Shown here: piece after piece, positions 1 through 11,369 of the stretch | How positions within the stretch are numbered: position 1 is the stretch's first letter | Layout: the number at the start of each line of letters is the position of its first letter | Assembly (NCBI GenBank): GCA_964016885.1 | Contig: CAXHJY010000096.1 | Coordinates: 2,604,001 to 2,668,000 of the forward strand | DNA: 64,000 nt | Direction: 5' to 3' | From: Eledone cirrhosa | Taxonomy: Eukaryota | Translations under genes and position numbers: made by a program | Notes under the pieces: generated by a model | What the model saw: only the letters and a program-made list of their open reading frames with translations | Databases searched by the model: none | Told to the model about the DNA's origin: nothing

Positions 1-1557
1 CAGGGGTAGATAATTTGTAAAAAAAAATCAGGGGGAGATAATTTGTAAAAAAAAATCAGGGGGAGATAATTTGTAAAAAAAATCAAGGGGAGATAATTTC
101 CAGCCGTCCAAGGAGAGATAATTTAAAAAAAAATCAGGCGGAGATAATTTGTAAAAAAAAATCAGGGGGAGATAATTTGTAAAAAAAATCAGGGGGAGAT
201 AATTTGTAAAAAAAAATCAGGGGTAGATAATTTGTAAAAAAAAATCAGGGGGAGATAATTTGTAAAAAAAAATCAGGAGGAGATAATTTGTAAAAAAAAT
301 CAAGGGGAGATAATTTCCAGCCGTCCAAGGAGAGATAATTTTAAAAAAAATCAGGCGGAGATAATTTGTAAAAAAAAATCAGGGGGAGATAATTTGTAAA
401 AAAAAATCAGGGGGAGATAATTTGTAAAAAAAATCAAGGGGAGATAATTTCCAGCCGTCCAAGGGGAGATAATTTTCAGCCGTCCAAGGGGAGATAATTT
501 CCCGCCAGCCAAGGGAAGATAATATTCAAAAAAATCAGGCGGAGATAATTTGTAAAAAAAATCAGGGGGAGATAATTTGTAAAAAAATCAGGGGGAGATA
601 ATTTGTAAAAAAAAAAATCAGGGGGAGATAATTTGTAAAAAAAATCAGGGGGAGATAATTTGTAAAAAAAAATCAGGGGTAGATAATTTGTAAAAAAAAA
701 TCAGGGGGAGATAATTTGTAAAAAAAATCAGGGGGAGATAATTTGTAAAAAAAATGAAAGGGGAGATAATATCCAGCCGTCCAAGGGGAGATAATTTCCA
801 GCCGTCCAAGGGGAGATAATTTCCAGCCGTCCAAGGGGAGATAATTTCCATCCTTCCAAGGGGATATAATTTCCAGCCGTCCAAGGGGAGATAATTTCCA
901 TCCTTCCAAGGGGATATAATTTCCAGCCGTCCAAGGGGAGATAATTTTCAGCCGTCCAAGGAGAGGTAATTTCTAGCCGTCCAAGGAGAGATAATTTCCA
1001 GCCGTCCAAGGGGAGATAATTTCCAGCCGTCCAAGGGGAGATAATTTCCAGCCGTCCAAGGAGACATATTTTCCAGCCGTCCAAGGAGAGGTAATTCCTA
1101 GCCGTCCAAGGGGAGATAAATTCCAGCCTCCAAGGGGAGATAATTTGTAAAAAAAATCAGGGGGAGATAATTTGTAAAAAAAATCAGGGGGAGATAATTT
1201 GTAAAAAAAATCAGGGGGAGATAATTTGTAAAAAAAAATCAGGGGTAGATAATTTGTAAAAAATAATCAGGGGGAGATAATTTGTAAAAAAAATCAAGGG
1301 GAGATAATTTCCAGCCGTCCAAGGGGAGATAATTTTCAGCCGTCCAAGGGGAGATAATTTCCCGCCAGCCAAGGGAAGATAATATTTAAAAAAATTAGGC
1401 GGAGATAATTTGTAAAAAAAATCAGGGGGAGATAATTTGTAAAAAAATCAGGGGGAGATAATTTGTAAAAAAAATCAGGGGGAGATAATTTGTAAAAAAA
1501 ATCAGGGGGAGATAATTTGTAAAAAAAAATCAGGGGGAGATAATTTGTAAAAAAAAT

Positions 1558-1700
1558 CAAGGGGAGATAATTTCCAGCCGTCCAAGGGAAGATAATTTCC
1601 AGCCCTCCAAGGGGCTATAATTTCCAGCGTCCAAGGGGAGATAATTTCCAGCCAGCGAAGGGGAGATAATTTTTTTTAAAAAATCATTGGGAGATTTGTA
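1558..1700 (+). repeat. Recurring divergent cassette (gggaagat / ccagccctc / ggggctat / ccagcgtc / ccagcgaa / TnAm / cattgggagatttgt)
   Basis: This is the most diverged group of monomers. It recurs over 20 times, with cattggga at e.g. ~1685, 3470, 6822, 8820, 14366, 16456, 21258, 23474, 32617, 34806, 38453, 40528 and 63157. Confidence 0.92.
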
Positions 1701-2769
1701 AAAAAAATCAGGGGGAGATAATTTGTAAAAAAAATCAAGGGGAGATAATTTCCAGCCGTCCAAGGGGAGGTAATATCTAGCCGTCCAAGGGGAGATAATT
1801 TCCAGCCGTCCAAGGGGAGATAATTTCCAGCCGTCCAAGGGTAGATAATATCCAGCCGTCCAAGGACATATTTTCCAGCCGTCCAAGGAGAGGTAATTTC
1901 TAGCCGTCCAAGGGGAGATAAATTCCAGCCTCCAAGGTGAGATAATTTCCAGCCAGCCAAGGGGAGATAATTTGTAAAAAAATCAGGGGGAGATAATTTG
2001 TAAAAAAAATCAGGGGGAGATAATTTGTAAAAAAAAATCAGGGGGAGATAATTTGTAAAAAAAAATCAGGGGGAGATAATTTGTAAAAAAAAATCAGGGG
2101 GAGATAATTTGTAAAAAAATCAAGGGGAGATAATTTCCAGCCGTCCAAGGGGAGATAATTTTCAGCCGTCCAAGAGGAGGTAATATCTAGCCGTCCAAGG
2201 GGAGATAATTTCCATCCTTCCAAGGGAAGATAATATTTGAAAAAATCAGGCGGAGATAATTTGTAAAAAAAATCAGGGGGAGATAATTTGTAAAAAAATC
2301 AGGGGGAGATAATTTGTAAAAAAAAAATCATGGGGAGATAATTTGTAAAAAAAATCAGGGGGAGATAATTTGTAAAAAAAAATCAGGGGTAGATAAATTG
2401 TAAAAAAAAATCAGGGGGAGATAATTTGTAAAAAAAATCAGGGGGAGATAATTTGTAAAAAAAATGAAAGGGGAGATAATATCCAGCCGTCCAAGGGGAG
2501 ATAATTTCCAGCCGTCCAAGGGGAGATAATTTCCAGCCGTCCAAGGGGAGATAATTTCCATCCTTCCAAGGGGATATAATTTCCAGCCGTCCAAGGGGAG
2601 ATAATTTCCCGCCAGCCAAGGGAAGATAATTTTTAAAAAAATCAGGCGGAGATTGTAAAAAAAATCAGGGGGGAGATAATTTGTAAAAAAATCAGGGGGA
2701 GATAATTTGTAAAAAAAAATCAGGGGGAGATAATTTGTAAAAAATAATCAGGGGGAGATAATTTGTAAA

Positions 2770-4105
2770 AAAAAATCAAGGGGAGATAATTTCCAGCCGT
2801 CCAAGGGGAGGTAATATCTAGCCGTCCAAGGGGAGATAATTTCCAGCCGTCCAACGGGAGATAATTTCCAGCCGTCCATGGGTAGATAATATCCAGCCGC
2901 CCAAGGACATATTTTCCAGCCGTCCAAGGAGAGGTAATTTCTAGCCGTCCAAGGGGAGATAATTACAGCCGTCCAAGGGTAGATAATATCCAGCCGTCCA
3001 AGGACATATTTTCCAGCCGTCCAAGGAGAGGTAATTTCTAGCCGTCCAAGGGGAGATAAATTCCAGCCTCCAAGGGGAGATAATTTCCAGCCAGCCAAGG
3101 GGAGATAATTTGTAAAAAAATCAGGGGGAGATAATTTGTAAAAAAAATCAGGGGGAGATAATTTGTAAAAAAAAATCAGGGGGAGATAATTTGTAAAAAA
3201 AAATCAGGGGGAGATAATTTGCAAAAAAAATCAGGGGGAGATAATTTGTAAAAAAAAATCAGGGGTAGATAATTTGTAAAAAAAAATCAGGGGGAGATAA
3301 TTTGTAAAAAAAAATCAGGGGGAGATAATTTGTAAAAAAAATCAAGGGGAGATAATTTCCAGCCGTCCAAGGGAAGATAATTTCCAGCCCTCCAAGGGGC
3401 TATAATTTCCAGCGTCCAAGGGGAGATAATTTCCAGCCAGCGAAGGGGAGATAATTTTTTTTAAAAAATCATTGGGAGATTTGTAAAAAAAATCAGGGGG
3501 AGATAATTTGTAAAAAAAATCAAGGGGAGATAATTTCCAGCCGTCCAAGTGGAGGTAATATCTAGCCGTCCAAGGGGAGATAATTTCCAGCCGTCCAACG
3601 GGAGATAATTTCCAGCCGTCCATGGGTAGATAATATCCAGCCGCCCAAGGACATATTTTCCAGCCGTCCAAGGAGAGGTAATTTCTAGCCGTCCAAGGGG
3701 AGATAATTTCCAGCCGTCCAAGGGTAGATAATATCCAGCCGTCCAAGGACATATTTTCCAGCCGTCCAAGGAGAGGTAATTTCTAGCCGTCCAAGGGGAG
3801 ATAAATTCCAGCCTCCAAGGGGAGATAATTTCCAGCCAGCCAAGGGGAGATAATTTGTAAAAAAATCAGGGGGAGATAATTTGTAAAAAAAATCAGGGGG
3901 AGATAATTTGTAAAAAAAAATCAGGGGGAGATAATTTGTAAAAAAAAATCAGGGGGAGATAATTTGCAAAAAAAATCAGGGGGAGATAATTTGTAAAAAA
4001 AAATCAGGGGTAGATAATTTGTAAAAAAAAATCAGGGGGAGATAATTTGTAAAAAAAAATCAGGGGCAGTTAATTTGTAAAAAAAATCAAGGGGAGATAA
4101 TTTCC
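2770..4105 (+). repeat. Partial tandem duplication, period 745 bp (seen again at ~6115-7450)
   Basis: The marker tttgcaaa is at 3222/3967 and 6565/7310. The variant ccgtccatgggtag is at 2879/3623 and 6221/6966. Confidence 0.85.
3100..3342 (+). repeat. Example type-A block: CAGGGGGAGATAATTTGT(A)nT monomers
   Basis: About nine consecutive A-tailed monomers with A-tracts of 7-9, including the variants tttgcaaaa (3222) and ggggtagat. Confidence 0.95.
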
Positions 4106-4620
4106 AGCCGTCCAAGGAGAGATAATTTTAAAAAAAATCAGGCGGAGATAATTTGTAAAAAAAAATCAGGGGGAGATAATTTGTAAAAAAAATCAGGGGG
4201 AGATAATTTGTAAAAAAAAATCAGGGGTAGATAATTTGTAAAAAAAAATCAGGGGGAGATAATTTGTAAAAAAAAATCAGGGGGAGATAATTTGTAAAAA
4301 AAATCAAGGGGAGATAATTTCCAGCCGTCCAAGGAGAGATAATTTAAAATAAAATCAGGGGGAGATAATTTGTAAAAAAAATCAAGGGGAGATAATTTCC
4401 AGCCGTCCAAGGGGAGATAATTTTCAGCCGTCCAAGGGGAGATAATTTCCCGCCAGCCAAGGGAAGATAATATTCAAAAAAATCAGGCGGAGATAATTTG
4501 TAAAAAAAATCAGGGGGAGATAATTTGTAAAAAAAAATCAGGGGTAGATAATTTGTAAAAAAAAATCAGGGGGAGATAATTTGTAAAAAAAAATCAGGGG
4601 GAGATAATTTGTAAAAAAAA

Positions 4621-5035
4621 TGAAAGGGGAGATAATATCCAGCCGTCCAAGGGGAGATAATTTCCAGCCGTCCAAGGGGAGATAATTTCCAGCCGTCCAA
4701 GGGGAGATAATTTCCATCCTTCCAAGGGGATATAATTTCCAGCCGTCCAAGGGGAGATAATTTCCATCCTTCCAAGGGGATATAATTTCCAGCCGTCCAA
4801 GGGGAGATAATTTTCAGCCGTCCAAGGAGAGGTAATTTCTAGCCGTCCAAGGAGAGATAATTTCCAGCCGTCCAAGGGGAGATAATTTCCAGCCGTCCAA
4901 GGGGAGATAATTTCCAGCCGTCCAAGGAGACATATTTTCCAGCCGTCCAAGGAGAGGTAATTCCTAGCCGTCCAAGGGGAGATAAATTCCAGCCTCCAAG
5001 GGGAGATAATTTCCAGCCAGCCAAGGGGAGATAAT
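4621..5035 (+). repeat. Example long type-B block (16 monomers of CAAGGGGAGATAATTTCCAGCCGTC and variants)
   Basis: The block starts at the landmark tgaaaggggagataatatcc. It has a fixed order of variants (ccatcctt, gggatata, ttttcagcc, ggagaggtaatttctagcc, ggagacatattttcc, ccagcctcc, ccagccagcc). The same block recurs at ~755, 8103, 15555, 22547, 27341, 33878, 37308, 41789, 45884, 49650, 54131, 58226 and 62118. Confidence 0.95.
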
Positions 5036-8000
5036 TTGTAAAAAAAATCAGGGGGAGATAATTTGTAAAAAAAATCAGGGGGAGATAATTTGTAAAGAAA
5101 TCAGGGGGAGATAATTTGTAAAAAAAATCAGGGGGAGATAATTTGTAAAAAAAATCAGGGGGAGATAATTTGTAAAAAAAAATCAGGGGGAGATAATTTG
5201 TAAAAAAAATCAAGGGGAGATAATTTCCAGCCGTCCAAGGGGAGGTAATATCTAGCCGTCCAAGGGGTGATAATTTCCAGCCGTCCAAGGGGAGATAATT
5301 TCCAGCCGTCCAAGGGTAGATAATATCCAGCCGTCCAAGGACATATTTTCCAGCCGTCCAAGGAGAGGTAATTTCTAGCCGTCCAAGGGGAGATAAATTC
5401 CAGCCTCCAAGGTGAGATAATTTCCAGCCAGCCAAGGGGAGATAATTTGTAAAAAAAAATCAGGGGGAGATAATTTGTAAAAAAAATCAAGGGGAGATAA
5501 TTTCCAGCCGTCCAAGGGGAGATAATTTTCAGCCGTCCAAGGGGAGATAATTTCCCGCCAGCCAAGGGAAGATAATATTTAAAAAAATCAGGCGGAGATA
5601 ATTTGTAAAAAAAATCAGGGGGAGATAATTTGTAAAAAAATCAGGGGGAGATAATTTGTAAAAAAAAAATCAGGGGGAGATAATTTGTAAAAAAAATCAG
5701 GGGGAGATAATTTGTAAAAAAAAATCAGGGGTAGATGAATTGTAAAAAAAAATCAGGGGGAGATAATTTGTAAAAAAAATCAGGGGGAGATAATTTGTAA
5801 AAAAAATGAAAGGGGAGATAATATCCAGCCGTCCAAGGGGAGATAATTTCCAGCCGTCCAAGGGGAGATAATTTCCAGCCGTCCAAGGGGAGATAATTTC
5901 CATCCTTCCAAGGGGATATAATTTCCAGCCGTCCAAGGGGAGATAATTTCCCGCCAGCCAAGGGAAGATAATATTTAAAAAAATTAGGCGGAGATTGTAA
6001 AAAAAATCAGGGGGGAGATAATTTGTAAAAAAATCAGGGGGAGATAATTTGTAAAAAAAAATCAGGGGGAGATAATTTGTAAAAAATAATCAGGGGGAGA
6101 TAATTTGTAAAAAAAAATCAAGGGGAGATAATTTCCAGCCGTCCAAGGGGAGGTAATATCTAGCCGTCCAAGGGGAGATAATTTCCAGCCGTCCAACGGG
6201 AGATAATTTCCAGCCGTCCATGGGTAGATAATATCCAGCCGCCCAAGGACATATTTTCCAGCCGTCCAAGGAGAGGTACTTTCTAGCCGTCCAAGGGGAG
6301 ATAATTTCCAGCCGTCCAAGGGTAGATAATATCCAGCCGTCCAAGGACATATTTTCCAGCCGTCCAAGGAGAGGTAATTTCTAGCCGTCCAAGGGGAGAT
6401 AAATTCCAGCCTCCAAGGGGAGATAATTTCCAGCCAGCCAAGGGGAGATAATTTGTAAAAAAATCAGGGGGAGATAATTTGTAAAAAAAATCAGGGGGAG
6501 ATAATTTGTAAAAAAAAATCAGGGGGAGATAATTTGTAAAAAAAAATCAGGGGGAGATAATTTGCAAAAAAAATCAGGGGGAGATAATTTGTAAAAAAAA
6601 ATCAGGGGTAGATAATTTGTAAAAAAAAATCAGGGGGAGATAATCTGTAAAAAAAAATCAGGGGGAGATAATTTGTAAAAAAAATCAAGGGGAGATAATT
6701 TCCAGCCGTCCAAGGGAAGATAATTTCCAGCCCTCCAAGGGGCTATAATTTCCAGCGTCCATGGGGAGATAATTTCCAGCCAGCGAAGGGGAGATAATTT
6801 TTTTTAAAAAATCATTGGGAGATTTGTAAAAAAAATCAGGGGGAGATAATTTGTAAAAAAAATCAAGGGGAGATAATTTCCAGCCGTCCAAGGGGAGGTA
6901 ATATCTAGCCGTCCAAGGGGAGATAATTTCCAGCCGTCCAACGGGAGATAATTTCCAGCCGTCCATGGGTAGATAATATCCAGCCGCCCAAGGACATATT
7001 TTCCAGCCGTCCAAGGAGAGGTAATTTCTAGCCGTCCAAGGGGAGATAATTTCCAGCCGTCCAAGGGTAGATAATATCCAGCCGTCCAAGGACATATTTT
7101 CCAGCCGTCCAAGGAGAGGTAATTTCTAGCCGTCCAAGGGGAGATAAATTCCAGCCTCCAAGGGGAGATAATTTCCAGCCAGCCAAGGGGAGATAATTTG
7201 TAAAAAAATCAGGGGGAGATAATTTGTAAAAAAAATCAGGGGGAGATAATTTGTAAAAAAAAATCAGGGGGAGATAATTTGTAAAAAAAAATCAGGGGGA
7301 GATAATTTGCAAAAAAAATCAGGGGGAGATAATTTGTAAAAAAAAATCAGGGGTAGATAATTTGTAAAAAAAAATCAGGGGGAGATAATTTGTAAAAAAA
7401 AATCAGGGGGAGATAATTTGTAAAAAAAATCAAGGGGAGATAATTTCCAGCCGTCCAAGGAGAGATAATTTTAAAAAAAATCAGGCGGAGATAATTTGTA
7501 AAAAAAAATCAGGGGGAGATAATTTGTAAAAAAAATCAGGGGGAGATAATTTGTAAAAAAAAATCAGGGGTAGATAATTTGTAAAAAAAAATCAGGGGGA
7601 GATAATTTGTAAAAAAAAATCAGGGGGAGATAATTTGTAAAAAAAATCAAGGGGAGATAATTTCCAGCCGTCCAAGGAGAGATAATTTAAAAAAAAATCA
7701 GGCGGAGATAATTTGTAAAAAAAAATCAGAGGGAGATAATTTGTAAAAAAAAATCAGGGGGAGATAATTTGTAAAAAAAATCAAGGGGAGATAATTTCCA
7801 GCCGTCCAAGGGGAGATAATTTTCAGCCGTCCAAGGGGAGATAATTTCCCGCCAGCCAAGGGAAGATAATATTCAAAAAAATCAGGCGGAGATAATTTGT
7901 AAAAAAAATCAGGGGGAGATAATTTGTAAAAAAATCAGGGGGAGATAATTTGTAAAAAAAAAAATCAGGGGGAGATAATTTGTAAAAAAAATCAGGGGGA

Positions 8001-11000
8001 GATAATTTGTAAAAAAAAATCAGGGGTAGATAATTTGTAAAAAAAAATCAGGGGGAGATAATTTGTAAAAAAAAATCAGGGGGAGATAATTTGTAAAAAA
8101 AATGAAAGGGGAGATAATATCCAGCCGTCCAAGGGGAGATAATTTCCAGCCGTCCAAGGGGAGATAATTTCCAGCCGTCCAAGGGGAGATAATTTCCATC
8201 ATTCCAAGGGGATATAATTTCCAGCCGTCCAAGGGGAGATAATTTCCATCCTTCCAAGGGGATATAATTTCCAGCCGTCCAAGGGGAGATAATTTTCAGC
8301 CGTCCAAGGAGAGGTAATTTCTAGCCGTCCAAGGAGAGATAATTTCCAGCCGTCCAAGGGGAGATAATTTCCAGCCGTCCAAGGGGAGATAATTTCCAGC
8401 CGTCCAAGGAGACATATTTTCCAGCCGTCCAAGGAGAGGTAATTCCTAGCCGTCCAAGGGGAGATAAATTCCAGCCTCCAAGGGGAGATAATTTCCAGCC
8501 AGCCAAGGGGAGATAATTTGTAAAAAAAATCAGGGGGAGATAATTTGTAAAAAAAATCAGGGGGAGATAATTTGTAAAGAAATCAGGGGGAGATAATTTG
8601 TAAAAAAAATCAGGGGGAGATAATTTGTAAAAAAAATCAGGGGGAGATAATTTGTAAAAAAAAATCAGGGGGAGATAATTTGTAAAAAAAATCAAGGGGA
8701 GATAATTTCCAGCCGTCCAAGGGAAGATAATTTCCAGCCCTCCAAGGGGCTATAATTTCCAGCGTCCAAGGGGAGATAATTTCCAGCCAGCGAAGGGGAG
8801 ATAATTTTTTTAAAAAAATCATTGGGAGATTTGTAAAAAAATCAGGGGGAGATAATTTGTAAAAAAAATCAAGGGGAGATAATTTCCAGCCGTCCAAGGG
8901 GAGGTAATATCTAGCCGTCCAAGGGGTGATAATTTCCAGCCGTCCAAGGGGAGATAATTTCCAGCCGTCCAAGGGTAGATAATATCCAGCCGTCCAAGGA
9001 CATATTTTCCAGCCGTCCAAGGAGAGGTAATTTCTAGCCGTCCAAGGGGAGATAAATTCCAGCCTCCAAGGTGAGATAATTTCCAGCCAGCCAAGGGGAG
9101 ATAATTTGTAAAAAAATCAGGGGGAGATAATTTGTAAAAAAAATCAGGGGGAGATAATTTGTAAAAAAAAATCAGGGGGAGATAATTTGTAAAAAAAATC
9201 AAGGGGAGATAATTTCCAGCCGTCCAAGGGGAGATAATTTTCAGCCGTCCAAGGGGAGATAATTTCCCGCCAGCCAAGGGAAGATAATATTTAAAAAAAT
9301 CAGGCGGAGATAATTTGTAAAAAAAATCAGGGGGAGATAATTTGTAAAAAAATCAGGGGGAGATAATTTGTAAAAAAAAAATCAGGGGGAGATAATTTGT
9401 AAAAAAAATCAGGGGGAGATAATTTGTAAAAAAAAATCAGGGGTAGATAAATTGTAAAAAAAAATCAGGGGGAGATAATTTGTAAAAAAAATCAGGGGGA
9501 GATAATTTGTAAAAAAAATGAAAGGGGAGATAATATCCAGCCGTCCAAGGGGAGATAATTTCCAGCCGTCCAAGGGGAGATAATTTCCAGCCGTCCAAGG
9601 GGAGATAATTTCCATCCTTCCAAGGGGATATAATTTCCAGCCGTCCAAGGGGAGATAATTTCCCGCCAGCCAAGGGAAGATAATATTTAAAAAAATTAGG
9701 CGGAGATAATTTGTAAAAAAAATCAGGGGGAGATAATTTGTAAAAAATCAGGGGGAGATAATTTGTAAAAAAAATCAGGGGGAGATAATTTGTAAAAAAA
9801 ATCATGGGGAGATAATTTGTAAAAAAAAATCAGGGGTAGATAATTTGTAAAAAAAAATCAGGGGGAGATAATTTGTAAAAAAAAATCAGGGGGAGATAAT
9901 TTGTAAAAAAAATCAAGGGGAGATAATTTCCAGCCGTCCAAGGGGAGATAATTTTCAGCCGTCCAAGGAGAGGTAATTTCTAGCCGTCCAAGGGGAGATA
10001 ATTTCCAGCCGTCCAAGGGGAGGTAATTTCCAGCCGTCCAAGGGGAGATAATTTTTAAAAAAAAATCAGGCGGAGATAATTTGTAAAAAAAATCAAGGGG
10101 AGATAATTTGCAGCCGTCCAAGGGGAGATAATTTTCAGTCGTCCAAGGAGAGGTAATTTCTAGCCGTCCAAGGGGAGATAATTGCCAGCCGTCCAAGGGG
10201 AGATAATTTCCAGCCGTCCAAGGGGAGATAATTTTTTTTAAAAAATCAGGCGGAGATAATTTGTAAAAAAATCAGGGGGAGATAATTTGTAAACAAAATC
10301 AGGGGGAGATAATTTGTAAAAAAAAATCAGGGGGAGATAATTTGTAAAAAAAATCATGGAGAGATAATTTCCAGCCGTCCAAGGGGAGATAATTTCCAGC
10401 CGTCCAAGGAGACATATTTTCCAGCCGTCCAAGGCGAGGTAATTTCTAGCCGTCCAAGGGGAGATAAATTCCAGCCTCCAAGGGGAGATAATTTCCAGCC
10501 AGCCAAGTGGAGATAATTTGTAAAAAAATCAGGGGGAGATAATTTGTAAAAAATATCAGGGAGATAATTTGTAAAAAAAAATCAGGGGGAGATAATTTGT
10601 AAAAAAAATCAGGGGGAGATAATTTGTAAAAAAAAATCAGGGGGAGATAATTTGTAAAAAAAATCAAGGGGAGATAATTTCCAGCCGTCCAAGGGGAGAT
10701 AATTTTCAGCCGTCCAAGGGGAGATAATTTCCCGCCAGCCAAGGGAAGATAATATTTAAAAAAATCAGGCGGAGATAATTTGTAAAAAAAATCAGGGGGA
10801 GATAATTTGTAAAAAAATCAGGGGGAGATAATTTGTAAAAAAAAAATCAGGGGGAGATAATTTGTAAAAAAAATCAGGGGGAGATAATTTGTAAAAAAAA
10901 ATCAGGGGTAGATAATTTGTAAACAAAAATCAGGGGGAGATAATTTGTAAAAAAAAATCAGGGGGAGATAATTTGTAAAAAAAATGAAAGGGGAGATAAT

Positions 11001-11369
11001 ATCCAGCCGTCCAAGGGGAGATAATTTCCAGCCGTCCAAGGGGATATAATTTCCAGCCGTCCAAGGGGAGATAATTTCCATCCTTCCAAGGGGATATAAT
11101 TTCCAGCCGTCCAAGGGGAGATAATTTCCCGCCAGCCAAGGGAAGATAATTTTTAAAAAAATCAGGCGGAGATTGTAAAAAAAATCAGGGGGGAGATAAT
11201 TTGTAAAAAAATCAGGGGGAGATAATTTGTAAAAAATAATCAGGGGGAGATAATTTGTAAAAAAATTCAAGGGGAGATAATTTCCAGCCGTCCAAGGGGA
11301 GATAATTTCCCGCCAGCCAAGGGAAGATAATATTTAAAAAAATCAGGCGGAGATTGTAAAAAAAATCAG

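Larger units (their letters stand above)
2221..9700 (+). repeat. Diverged tandem duplication, period ~3343 bp, growing to 3712 bp through monomer/cassette indels
   Basis: Offsets are 3342/3343 (2355->5697, 3342->6685), 3482 (tgtaaagaaa 5097->8579), 3659 (caaggggtga 5268->8927) and 3712 (5697->9409). Confidence 0.8.

Noticed and set aside
1665-1690. TnAm tracts as intrinsic terminators or regulatory hairpins
   Set aside because: There is no GC-rich stem and no upstream gene. These tracts are treated as mutable junction monomers instead.
1859-1870. CCAAGGACA resembling an NR5A/Ftz-F1-type site
   Set aside because: It arises from a 2-bp deletion variant of one B monomer and is short enough to occur by chance. 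There is no supporting context.
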